Virus record (IMG/VR): IMGVR_UViG_3300043406_000028
Location: 1-64,000 of that record
Strand: one strand, 5' to 3'
DNA from: a virus
Lineage: Duplodnaviria > Caudoviricetes
DNA: 64,000 nucleotides
Shown: piece by piece, positions 43,112 through 52,786 of the stretch
Position numbering within the stretch: the stretch's first letter is position 1
Layout of the letters: every line of letters begins with the position of its first letter
Translations under genes and position numbers: made by a program
The notes under the pieces: generated by a model
Database searches by the model: none
What the model saw: the letters and a program-made list of their open reading frames with translations, nothing else
What the model was told of the DNA's origin: nothing

Positions 43112-45130
43112 ATGCCAATGGCGGCCATGCTGCTGCGGCCTACGGTCGATCTCGAAAAGACTCCTTCGCTCAACGAGGCTGGGATTTCCCAGTCTCAGTT
43201 GATCCGATTCAAGGGGGATCTTGTCGAGACCTATGGCGGCTGGACGCAGTATCTGGCGACCTTGATCCCATCGACCGTAAAAGACCTGCACGCTTGGCAG
43301 GATGTCGCCGGTAGCCAACATCTTGGGATTGCCGCAACGCAGAATCTGATGGTGGCAACAAGCGGGTTGGTAACTGATCTAACGCCACAGATCCTGACAA
43401 CGAATCCATCCGTCAGTCTTTCCATCTCAAGCGGAAGCTACGCGGTTAGTGTCTTTGATCCAAATAGCGGTCCAACCGTCTACAATTCGGTATACTTCAA
43501 TACGCCGGTATCTATAGGCAATCTATTCCTCAATGGCGCTTATCAGATCGCGTCGGTCCTTAGCACCGGCTCATACACGATCACATCCAGCGTAATTGCG
43601 GCCACAACCATCGTTACCAGCGGTGTGTTGCCGACATTCTCGGTTTCTTCCGGATCTCCGACCGTTACGGTATCTATTCCAAACAATGGATTTACCGCTA
43701 CCCCAGGCATCCAGCAGCAATTCATTGCCCCTACAACGATAGGGAATCTAACGATTTCTGGGCCATACAACATCAATTCTGTCCTCGACTCGACAAACTT
43801 TACAATCGTTGCAAATACGCAGGCCAGCACTACCCTGGTTTCCACCATGAACGGTGGGTTAGCTCAATACGAATACTTCATCACAATTGGCCCTGCGGCT
43901 ACTGGAACTGGTTTCGGTGCTGGTGGATTTGGATCTGGTGGGTTTGGTGGTGGAGGTGGTGGGTTTGCTGGAGCCACTGGGACACCGATTACCGCTACGG
44001 ACTGGAGCCAGGATAACTGGGGTGAGATACTCCTGGCGTGCCCAACTGATGGGCCGATCTATACTTGGTCTCCGCAGAGCGGCTTCTCGACTGCCCAAGT
44101 CGTTGCAACTGCACCGTTCTTCAACGGCGGCATCTTTATCTCTCAGCCGCAGCAGATCCTGGTGGCGTGGCGCTCCACTCAGTCTTCAGGGGTACAAGAT
44201 AATCTGAGGGTCCGCTGGTCCAATGCCCTCGATTATACGAACTGGACCATCTCCAATGCAACGACAGCGGGTTCCTTTCACATCCCGACCGGCTCCCTCA
44301 TCATGGGAGGGCTCCAGGCCCCGAATTACGGAGTTATCTGGACCGATATAGATGCCTGGGTCATGCAGTATGTTGGCGGTACCGTTGTATTCAACTTCAC
44401 CAGGGTTGGTAGCGGATGCGGCCTGATCGGTCAGCACGCGGCTGGTGTTATTTCAGGAAGTGTTTATTGGTGCGGCACCAATAACTTCTTCACAATGGGC
44501 CAGAGCGGGGTTCAGGTCATCCCGTGTAGCGTCTGGGATTATATCTTCCAGAATCTGAACACCGCTCAGGTTGCCAAGATCAGATGTGCCACCAATACGG
44601 CATTTAACGAGGTTAGCTGGTTCTTTCCTTCGTCGGGATCCACCGAGAACGATTCCTACGTCAAACTGAACATCAATACCGGCTCGTGGGATTATGGGAG
44701 AATGCCAAGGACCGCCTGGGTGGATGTGTCGATCCTGGGAAATCCAATCGGGGCCGATACTTCTGGTACTATCTTCCAGCATGAAATGGGAACCGTTCAG
44801 TCCGGAGTAAGCTCGACCTCATTCCAGACCGGCTGGTTCTCCATTACCGAGGGCAACGACTTGGCGGTTGTCGATTATGTTCTTCCTGACTTCATCTGGG
44901 GTCTGTTCGATGGGGCCAAGGATGCATCGGTCAATGTGACGTTCTATAGTGCGGATTACCCCGGAGATACCCCGCGCCAGTATGGCCCCTATACAGTGAC
45001 AAGCGCCACGGAATACATCACCCCAAGACTTCGTGGCCGCCTTATGTCAATATCGATTCAAAGCAATAGCCAGTCGTTCTGGAGACTCGGTAGGGTCCGC
45101 TACAGATACGCACTGGCTGGGAGACGTTGA
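43112..45130 (+). CDS. Tail nozzle / DNA-stabilisation protein (P22 gp10/T7 gp12-like)
   Basis: 672-aa beta-rich; DNWGEILLA, VRWS...DY..W, YWCG.NNFF, NEVSWFFPS, RLRGR..S. Confidence 0.75.
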   Translation: MPMAAMLLRPTVDLEKTPSLNEAGISQSQLIRFKGDLVETYGGWTQYLATLIPSTVKDLHAWQDVAGSQHLGIAATQNLMVATSGLVTDLTPQILTTNPSVSLSISSGSYAVSVFDPNSGPTVYNSVYFNTPVSIGNLFLNGAYQIASVLSTGSYTITSSVIAATTIVTSGVLPTFSVSSGSPTVTVSIPNNGFTATPGIQQQFIAPTTIGNLTISGPYNINSVLDSTNFTIVANTQASTTLVSTMNGGLAQYEYFITIGPAATGTGFGAGGFGSGGFGGGGGGFAGATGTPITATDWSQDNWGEILLACPTDGPIYTWSPQSGFSTAQVVATAPFFNGGIFISQPQQILVAWRSTQSSGVQDNLRVRWSNALDYTNWTISNATTAGSFHIPTGSLIMGGLQAPNYGVIWTDIDAWVMQYVGGTVVFNFTRVGSGCGLIGQHAAGVISGSVYWCGTNNFFTMGQSGVQVIPCSVWDYIFQNLNTAQVAKIRCATNTAFNEVSWFFPSSGSTENDSYVKLNINTGSWDYGRMPRTAWVDVSILGNPIGADTSGTIFQHEMGTVQSGVSSTSFQTGWFSITEGNDLAVVDYVLPDFIWGLFDGAKDASVNVTFYSADYPGDTPRQYGPYTVTSATEYITPRLRGRLMSISIQSNSQSFWRLGRVRYRYALAGRR

Positions 45131-45354
45131 TGGCTTGGGGCGGGGATATTCTTTCTGCTCTCCAGAACGGAGTTATTGCCGTTCAGGAACTGAACACGAG
45201 ACTTCAGAATACCTTTCTACAACAAGGTACTGTAGTATCTTCGGCGATAACCACGGCGAACTCCACGATTACCTTTACTTCATCGCAGGCCGCTGGGTTT
45301 ATCGCGGTCACGACCAGTTCCGGGGCGGCTGGCTACATCGCTTGGTACAGATAG
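45130..45354 (+). CDS. Small structural protein
   Basis: 74 aa after nozzle. Confidence 0.55.
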   Translation: MAWGGDILSALQNGVIAVQELNTRLQNTFLQQGTVVSSAITTANSTITFTSSQAAGFIAVTTSSGAAGYIAWYR

Positions 45355-45363
45355 GGCTGAATC

Positions 45364-46302
45364 ATGGTCGCTTATACAACCGCCAAGGGACTCTATCAGG
45401 TCGCCAACAGCAGCTATGTCGGCACCTGGGATGTGCCCGAGAACTCCAACTGGGGCGTCGTCGATGCGGCCCTGGGTCAGATAACGACCATTCAGCTTAA
45501 CAATACTCCCGTAACGCTGACGGCGGCGCAGGTCCAAAGCTGCCAACTTGTGTTTTCTTCTTCTGCCGCCCCAGGCGGGAATCTGGCTGGCAATGTAGCG
45601 ATTACATTCGCAACGGTTAGCCCATCATCGTCAGTTTTGACTGGCCCCTATATCATTCAGAATCTTTGCGGAAATTCCAGCCTGTATGTTGTTACTCTGC
45701 AAACAACGGTGGCCGGTGGGCAGGCTATTGCCTGCAAGCCCGGCGAGGCGTTTGATGTCGTCAATGACGGCACCAATTTCAAGTTCAAAAACATGGGCCA
45801 TATTGGCTCCTATTGGGATTATGCGGGATCATCGGTGCCAAATTGGGTCACGGCATGCACCGTACCCCCGTACCTGAACTGTGACGGCACCTCGTTTTCT
45901 TCGGCTACTTATCCAACACTTGCCGCAATTCTAGGAACAACCCTGCCAGATTCAAAGGGAAGAACTCGTTTTACCCTTAACCAAGGCTCAACCCGCATCA
46001 CCTCTTCAGCCACTTATGGTATCGACGGGAATACCATCCTGGCTGGCGGCGGCAGCCAAACCCTTGCTCAAGCTCAATTGCCGAATGTCACACTCAGTTC
46101 GACTGGACTTTCCGTGCCGTCTCTTAGTGGGGCCGTGGCTGGGACAATATTCTCATTTCTTGCTCTTGGTGGACAAGCTGGCCCCATCGGAAATGCTGTT
46201 CTTAGCTCCGCTATTGCTGGTTCGGTCCCATTGGGCGGCTCCGGTTATAATCTCCTGCCTCCCGGCTACGTTTCCGGAATAACGATGATAAGAGCCGCAT
46301 AG
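45364..46302 (+). CDS. Tail fibre with collar domain
   Basis: GTWDVPENSNW N-term; YLNCDG...YPTLAAILG..LPDSKGR collar motif. Confidence 0.75.
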   Translation: MVAYTTAKGLYQVANSSYVGTWDVPENSNWGVVDAALGQITTIQLNNTPVTLTAAQVQSCQLVFSSSAAPGGNLAGNVAITFATVSPSSSVLTGPYIIQNLCGNSSLYVVTLQTTVAGGQAIACKPGEAFDVVNDGTNFKFKNMGHIGSYWDYAGSSVPNWVTACTVPPYLNCDGTSFSSATYPTLAAILGTTLPDSKGRTRFTLNQGSTRITSSATYGIDGNTILAGGGSQTLAQAQLPNVTLSSTGLSVPSLSGAVAGTIFSFLALGGQAGPIGNAVLSSAIAGSVPLGGSGYNLLPPGYVSGITMIRAA

Positions 46303-46473
46303 ATGCGGATGATAGGTACAAAGCCATTGACTAGAGCCGAGATACAATCTCGGCGTGTGGTTCGTGGTATTCTTTGTACTCACTGCAATAGAATGTTGGC
46401 TGGGGCCGTAGATAATCCAGAGAACTTATCTCGTGGAGTAACTTATCTTCTAAGGTCTAGAAATGCCGTATAA
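46303..46473 (+). pseudogene. Remnant of an endonuclease VII homing endonuclease
   Basis: Hand translation contains VRGILCTHCNRMLAGAVDNPENLSRGVTYL but lacks the upstream CxxC/VDH half. Confidence 0.6.
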
Positions 46474-49400
46474 GAGCGCCGCCCAAAGGGGGTACTTTCA
46501 CGCCAATCGAGCCAAACTCGAAGCGCAGGGCGTCAATGTATCTGAGTGGGACCGATCCTCGAAGGGAAAGAAACTGCCCTATCACGCCAGCCGTGGCGGC
46601 TCGATCCAATCAGCGCTGAGAACGGCCCGTAAGTATGCCGATGGCGGCGAGGTTAATGAATGGGAAGATCTTCCAAAGTCACCAGAGGATCGCCCGCAGA
46701 TCACGGTTACCCCTCCGCAAGCTCCGGGTGATTTGGTCTCTAAGTATACCAGCAAGGCGCGTGATTGGTTCAACCAGCCATCGCAGTCGAATCCCCTCCG
46801 TGGATACGAGCCTTCACCGCAGCCTGATTTTATTCCAGTCCCAGGAGCCGAGATTGGTGACGCTGTGCGTCATGCTGGCTCTGGTATTGTTCAGGGATAT
46901 AAGGATCTTATTGATCCACTCGAAAAGAACGATGAGGGTGAATACAACTACATCGCCAATGAGAAGAAATATCCCAAGGATTATGTAGGTAAAGTTGCTC
47001 CAGTTTTCAAAGACCCTATTTCTTTTGGGGCTCCAATTATAGGTGAAACAATTGGGACCTTCGGTGGCGTGCCGGGCCAAGGAGCCCTGTGGGGAGGCTT
47101 GAAGGCGGCTGGCTACGGGATCAACCACGCGGCTATTGCCTTTGGTCTAAAGGCATCCCAGGCCGCTAAAAGCGTCCCTAAAGCTGCCAATATGGCGGCC
47201 AAAGTCGCCGCTGAGCAAGGCTTTCTCGATACCTCTAAATTCAAACAGGTTGGCCACCAACTTGGTTTTATGCCTGGAGGTGTCTACAAGGACCCGACAG
47301 GTGTTCCGTATTACCTGAAGTTCGGCACCGACCTTGAGCAAGTCAAGAACGAGAACCTTGCGTCCAAGCTATATCAATTGGCCGGAACCCCGGCGGCAGA
47401 TACCAGTGTAACGCACATTGGCGGCAAACCAGGAATCGCCAGCAAGCTATTGCAAAACTCTCATCAGCTTTCCGAGACCAAGGTTCCGTACAGTCAGATC
47501 CCAGGATTACACGATAACTTCGTGGTGGATGCTTGGCTGGCCAATCATGACGCGGTTGGAACCGGGGGAGAGAACCCGCTCGGTAACATCATGATCCAGG
47601 ACGGCAAGGCCGTCCGCATCGACGGTGGCGGGGCTCTGCGCTACAAGGGATCGGGAGAAATCAAGGGCCATTTCCATGATGAGGCCGACGAAATCTTCAG
47701 CATGCGGAACCCTGAGTTCAGCAAGCGCTCGGCTCAGGTCTTCGGAGATATTTCTCCTGAAGCTCTGAAAGAGGGCGCTCAGAAGGTTGCCGATGTCGAT
47801 ATCAGGAAGCTAACCGATCTTATCGCCCGCTATGGTCCCGGAGACGACGCCGAGAAGGCCGCGCTCGTAACCAAACTGGTGAAGCGCCGCCAGTACATCA
47901 TGGATCATTTCGGAGTTCAGCCACAGAATGCAGCGAAGCCGGTTCCGGCACCGCATGAGTTGCCGCCAAACCCAACCAATATGCCTCGGGAGAAATATGA
48001 GCAGATTCCGTTTACGGAGGAAGACTACGAGAAATTCGGTAAGGAGATCCCGCCGCACCAGCCGGAAGATATCATCAATCACGGGAGACCGCCCCAGCCA
48101 ACTCAAAAGGAGCTTCCTCCCAACCTAACGCGACCTGACGTTGATCATAACATCGATCAGCTTAAGGAAGCCTCGATCCTAAGCCCCAGTGAAATCGATA
48201 AGCTTCTCCAGCAGAAGAAGCTTGGAAAGACTGAGCTTGAGAACATTGCCAAGAAACTGGTCGCGGGGACCTTCAGTCATGATCACTGGAAGGGCGCGGT
48301 GTCGCTTTGGAAGATTGCTGAGAACGTGAATCCGCAAACCGCCGAGGCACTATTCCGTAATCTACCCCCATCGGTCCAGCCTAGTGTTGGCTACGCTATT
48401 AAGGCAATGGCGGATAAGATCGGTCATTCCCCGTGGGATACGGTTGAGAAGGGTAGCGGCTTTCTCTACGCCGGAAAATATCCGACCGAGTATGATTACT
48501 TCTCCACGCAGACCAACAAATTTCCAGTCCCAGAAGGTTTGAAGAAGGACAAGTCTTTTCTTGATAACGTCAAGAAAGGTCTTGAGGCAATCGCTCCTAA
48601 TGAGCCCAAGCTACCGCAGCAGGTGGTGGATACACCGCAGCCGAAGAAGCCGTCGCTCATTATTCCTCCCAAGGAGCTTGTTCAGTCGCTGAGTCACTTC
48701 AAATACACCCCCGGCACTACGGCCACGAAGCTTGTGAATGCTTATGGCGAGGATGTGTCAAAGATCGCAAATTCGATGTATCGCCTTACGGGTACGAAGG
48801 GCACGGAATTTGTAGACGAGATCTACAAGAAGCTACCGTTCGAACTTCAGGTCGGAGTCAACGGAGACCTGTCGGAGCTTTATACCAAATTTGGTGACCC
48901 GGAGGCTAAGGCTTTCAAGGGTGCGATTCCGAGCCCAGAAGGCAAGAAGATTCTCAATGCTTTTGAGCAAATTCCGAACTGGCAGAGCTATATCCCAAAG
49001 CTAGGAAAGTTTGAAACTCCAAAGTTTCCTGATGAGGCGACAAAAAAGCTGGCAGAAAATACCGGCCACAACATCAATGTGCTGTTCTGGAAGGGCAATT
49101 ACAAAGCAGAGAAGTATCCAGAACAGATCAAGGATTTTGCAACGAAGTCAAAGGAAAGAGCAAATTACCTAACTCATGAAAAGGCTATTGCAGCGTCCGG
49201 CAACTATGGTGGCAACAAAGCTCCCTACGTTGCTAGAGCGCCTAAGGCGCTTAGGGTCGATTACTCTGATCTGGTCCAGGACGCCACCTACAACAGCCAT
49301 GACATGCACAATATTATTGAGGCAGCCCGCAAGGAAAAGGCTGATGTTCTGGTCATCGATAACATCAAGGATTATGGCTATTCGACTGGAGACGGCTTTA

Positions 49401-50104
49401 ATCACACGCAGACCCAGTACGCCTTCATCAATCAGAATGTATTGAGAGCGCCAAAGGCCAAGTTCGATCCAAATATGCTACATTTAGCGAAGCCATTATT
49501 GGGTCTGGCTGGTGGAGGATTGTTCGTCTATGGCACCGTTGCTGGACAAGAGGACAAGATGAATCGCGGTGGAATCCCAGCCCTGATGCATCGGGCTAAG
49601 ACACTAGCGCGCGGCGGTGCCGCCAATCATCCACGACACCCGGCAGGCATGATCAAATCATCGATCCCAGGCAGAACCGACAAGATTCCGATGAATTTGC
49701 CATCTGGATCATTCGTGATCCCGGCTGATATCCCCTCCGCCTTGGGGCAGGGCAACACAATGGCAGGGGAGAAAATCCTGGGAGCTATGTTTAAGTCTGG
49801 CCCCTATAGCCCAGGATCAACTCAATCGCTGACCGGAAAACTACCGAAAGCCAAGGGCTTTAGGACCGGAGTGGATAATTTGCTCGGGGCGCGGAAGCGG
49901 TTTGCTGATGGTGGAGAGGTTCCTGATGACGGTGGCGTTGATATAATCGCGGCTGGCGGAGAGAGCATTCTCTATCCCGACCAAGTAAGGGCGGTGGGCC
50001 ACGGTGATCTGGACGCGGGGCACAAAGTTCTCAAACAGTTTGTCCTCCATGTGCGAAAACAGAACATTGAAACGCTCAAGAAATTAAAAGGTCCAAAGGA
50101 CTGA
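46463..50104 (+). CDS. Large internal/ejection protein with HipA/PI3-4K-like kinase and ART-like domains
   Basis: YYLKF..NE.LAS.LY, DAWLANHDAVG..GNI, RIDGGG; C-terminal A....DVLVIDNIKDYG...QYAFINQNVLR..AKFD. Confidence 0.65.
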   Translation: MPYKSAAQRGYFHANRAKLEAQGVNVSEWDRSSKGKKLPYHASRGGSIQSALRTARKYADGGEVNEWEDLPKSPEDRPQITVTPPQAPGDLVSKYTSKARDWFNQPSQSNPLRGYEPSPQPDFIPVPGAEIGDAVRHAGSGIVQGYKDLIDPLEKNDEGEYNYIANEKKYPKDYVGKVAPVFKDPISFGAPIIGETIGTFGGVPGQGALWGGLKAAGYGINHAAIAFGLKASQAAKSVPKAANMAAKVAAEQGFLDTSKFKQVGHQLGFMPGGVYKDPTGVPYYLKFGTDLEQVKNENLASKLYQLAGTPAADTSVTHIGGKPGIASKLLQNSHQLSETKVPYSQIPGLHDNFVVDAWLANHDAVGTGGENPLGNIMIQDGKAVRIDGGGALRYKGSGEIKGHFHDEADEIFSMRNPEFSKRSAQVFGDISPEALKEGAQKVADVDIRKLTDLIARYGPGDDAEKAALVTKLVKRRQYIMDHFGVQPQNAAKPVPAPHELPPNPTNMPREKYEQIPFTEEDYEKFGKEIPPHQPEDIINHGRPPQPTQKELPPNLTRPDVDHNIDQLKEASILSPSEIDKLLQQKKLGKTELENIAKKLVAGTFSHDHWKGAVSLWKIAENVNPQTAEALFRNLPPSVQPSVGYAIKAMADKIGHSPWDTVEKGSGFLYAGKYPTEYDYFSTQTNKFPVPEGLKKDKSFLDNVKKGLEAIAPNEPKLPQQVVDTPQPKKPSLIIPPKELVQSLSHFKYTPGTTATKLVNAYGEDVSKIANSMYRLTGTKGTEFVDEIYKKLPFELQVGVNGDLSELYTKFGDPEAKAFKGAIPSPEGKKILNAFEQIPNWQSYIPKLGKFETPKFPDEATKKLAENTGHNINVLFWKGNYKAEKYPEQIKDFATKSKERANYLTHEKAIAASGNYGGNKAPYVARAPKALRVDYSDLVQDATYNSHDMHNIIEAARKEKADVLVIDNIKDYGYSTGDGFNHTQTQYAFINQNVLRAPKAKFDPNMLHLAKPLLGLAGGGLFVYGTVAGQEDKMNRGGIPALMHRAKTLARGGAANHPRHPAGMIKSSIPGRTDKIPMNLPSGSFVIPADIPSALGQGNTMAGEKILGAMFKSGPYSPGSTQSLTGKLPKAKGFRTGVDNLLGARKRFADGGEVPDDGGVDIIAAGGESILYPDQVRAVGHGDLDAGHKVLKQFVLHVRKQNIETLKKLKGPKD

Positions 50105-50107
50105 ATA

Positions 50108-50614
50108 ATGGAAACTGTACGCGCCGCAACGATGAGAGATTATCAGGAATGCCTCCGGCTCTTCCTGCAAAGCCACAATGAGAACGGCCTCTTTATGCTG
50201 GCCCCAGACAAACTCCATTGGATGCTGTCTCGCTTTCTGATGCCGGAAGCGATTCCAGAGGATGATCCTGGACTCCGGGGTATTATCGGCGTCATTGGCA
50301 AGGAGGGGGCGTTGGAGGCCCTCTGTGGCCTATGTATCTCGGATTTGTGGTACACTCACGAAAAGCACTTGGCTGATTTCTTGGTTTTTGTTGACCCTGA
50401 GTATCGGACAACCAACCACGCCAAGACGCTGATCAACTGGATGAAGGCCCAGTCGGATATCATTGGTCTGCCTTTAATGTCCGGCGTTGTGGCTAACCAC
50501 CGCACTGAAGCCAAGTGCAGGCTATTCCGCAGGATGTCACCGAAGGTGGGCGAATTGTTTCTCTATCAGCCAGGATTAACCGCAGGTTCAAGCCTGTCAC
50601 AAACGGCTCATTAG
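50108..50614 (+). CDS. GNAT-fold protein in ejection module
   Basis: VRAATMRD, FLVFVDPEYRTTNHAKTLI. Confidence 0.6.
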   Translation: METVRAATMRDYQECLRLFLQSHNENGLFMLAPDKLHWMLSRFLMPEAIPEDDPGLRGIIGVIGKEGALEALCGLCISDLWYTHEKHLADFLVFVDPEYRTTNHAKTLINWMKAQSDIIGLPLMSGVVANHRTEAKCRLFRRMSPKVGELFLYQPGLTAGSSLSQTAH

Positions 50615-50623
50615 GGGTGAGAA

Positions 50624-52783
50624 ATGGGTTCGTTTTGTACGAGCGGTCCATCCAAGCAAGTCCAGGACACAACACAAAGTTATACGGCTGACCCGCGTGT
50701 TGCGGCGGCTGGCACACAAGCCCTGGATATGGCCCAAAACTGGGCGAGCCAGCCATTCTCAGCCCCCGCTGCCCCGGTTGCCGGGCTAAACCCATTCCAG
50801 AACCAAGCTTTCGGCCAGATTCAGGGCATGCAGGGAGGTTTGCAGCCATATTTCCAGAATGCCGGTGCCGACATGACCAGGGGCGAAGCCCCTGTGACAC
50901 AGGCCGAGACCGCCTCCTACATGAATCCCTACGCCGACCAAGCTCTGGCGGCGATGAAGAAGTACGTCTTCGATCCACAGCGCGTATCCACCACGGGGAG
51001 CGCAGTTCAAAGCGCGGGTGGTGTTGGCGCTGACAGGCTCGCCCTGACAAGCCAGAATCTCGACAAGACCCAGGCCGATGCCGTGGGTACGGCCCAGGCT
51101 GGATTCTATGGCCAAGCGCTCAGCGCCGCTCAAGAAGCTAAGCAAAGGGCTCTACAGTCGGCTCAGGGCTGGGCGAATCTTGGTCTTGGCAACCAAAGCG
51201 GCCAGCTTCAGGGAACCCAGGCCTTGCTCGGCGCTGGTAATCAACAACAGGCCCAGACCCAGCGCGAACTGATGAGCCCTTATGAGCAGACTCTGGCTCG
51301 TATCGCTTATCCAGGGCAAATGGCAAGCTTCCTGTCAGGAATAACTGGCGATATGTCGAATGTGTTCAAGGGTACTACGCAGGGTCAGAGCACAACGACC
51401 AATCAAGCTGCTACGCCCAGCATGTTCAACCAAATAGCTGGCCTTGGTATGGCCGGGGCCGGTCTGATGATGGGCAATCCCATGATGGCTATGGGCGGCC
51501 TTGGGTCCATGGGCGGCGGCATGGGTATGAGCGGCGGCGCTGGCTCTGGCTACAATCCAAATACCAACATGCCGCTTTGGTCTTCTGACGGGCAGCGCCC
51601 GCTGTATGCCGCTGGAGGGTCAGTCAATCCCTGGGATATGGGCCAGGGCTTCGCTCCAGGCGGCGATGTAGAGGAAGTCTCCCCCGACGAATATAATCGC
51701 ATAGACGACCAATTGGCGCGTCCTATCGAGGGTCCAGCGCCAAACCTAGGCATGTGGCCATTCAATCGCGGCATGGCCGATGCCTCTGGCAATGTGACTA
51801 TGTATCCGGAAGCCCCAGCCGCACCTATGCCGCCTGCGACGGCCCCTCCTATTGCGCCGCAGCAAAATCCTTATGGCGTCCCACCAAACGCCGGGACACT
51901 TCCTATGCCGGGTGCCTATAGAACGCCGCTCCCACCAGCTATTCCAACTCCGGCCCCGCAGCCTACCGCTGTTGCACAAAGGCCACAGCCGCCAGACCGT
52001 ATTGGTGGTTATGGCCCCCGCTCTGGTGGCATCAACTCGGACATGAAGATCAGCGACTTCGAAATGCCGCGTGAGAATCGTCCGTACCCGGACGCCACAG
52101 ACCGTGATTGGGGTCAGAATCTTGCCCGCTCACCGTGGATGAGCCTGATCCATGCCGGGCTCAAGACCGCGCAAAGCACCAAGTCTGGTGCCGCTGGTCT
52201 AGCCGAGGGCCTAGAGGCAGGGGCTACGCATCTTGATGTTCAGCGTAAGGAATTGCGCTCCGAGCAACAGATCAATCAAAGGGCCGAAGAGCTTTACCGT
52301 CACGCTAGGTCTGAGTTGAATAAGTATACTCGCAAGACCCCGCATGAATTGGCCACGGAAGGACACCAAGCCCAAGCGCTCGCGCAGGGCCGCTTCCAGC
52401 CGATCAACTACCCTGATCCTGTAACCGGTCAGCTTAGGATGGGTAACTATGATGCCAAGCGCGGCATCCTGATCGACTCTGTAACTCGTCAACCTGTGAC
52501 AGACGCAGTAAGGCTTCTTGGCCGAAATGCCGGGCTGCCGATGACAGAAGCCCAGATCGAGATGGCCGCCAAGAACCGCTTCGTCAACGAGCCTGGGAAA
52601 TACGCCAGCATCGATGAGGCGAGGGAGGCCGTGAAGAAGCAGATTCAGGCCGCCCAGACCACGGGAGCATCTCAGCCTGGATCGACTGCCGAAAGCGCAA
52701 TTCCGGACCCAGGCGACGGTAACAGGGTAAGCGGAACGTGGTATATCAATCCCGCGACAGGCAAGCCTGATCGCTGGAGATAG
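50624..52783 (+). CDS. DNA ejection/pilot protein
   Basis: 719 aa Gln/Ala/Gly-rich; YMNPY, QIAGLG..GAG segments typical of podovirus pilots. Confidence 0.65.
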   Translation: MGSFCTSGPSKQVQDTTQSYTADPRVAAAGTQALDMAQNWASQPFSAPAAPVAGLNPFQNQAFGQIQGMQGGLQPYFQNAGADMTRGEAPVTQAETASYMNPYADQALAAMKKYVFDPQRVSTTGSAVQSAGGVGADRLALTSQNLDKTQADAVGTAQAGFYGQALSAAQEAKQRALQSAQGWANLGLGNQSGQLQGTQALLGAGNQQQAQTQRELMSPYEQTLARIAYPGQMASFLSGITGDMSNVFKGTTQGQSTTTNQAATPSMFNQIAGLGMAGAGLMMGNPMMAMGGLGSMGGGMGMSGGAGSGYNPNTNMPLWSSDGQRPLYAAGGSVNPWDMGQGFAPGGDVEEVSPDEYNRIDDQLARPIEGPAPNLGMWPFNRGMADASGNVTMYPEAPAAPMPPATAPPIAPQQNPYGVPPNAGTLPMPGAYRTPLPPAIPTPAPQPTAVAQRPQPPDRIGGYGPRSGGINSDMKISDFEMPRENRPYPDATDRDWGQNLARSPWMSLIHAGLKTAQSTKSGAAGLAEGLEAGATHLDVQRKELRSEQQINQRAEELYRHARSELNKYTRKTPHELATEGHQAQALAQGRFQPINYPDPVTGQLRMGNYDAKRGILIDSVTRQPVTDAVRLLGRNAGLPMTEAQIEMAAKNRFVNEPGKYASIDEAREAVKKQIQAAQTTGASQPGSTAESAIPDPGDGNRVSGTWYINPATGKPDRWR

Positions 52784-52786
52784 TGA

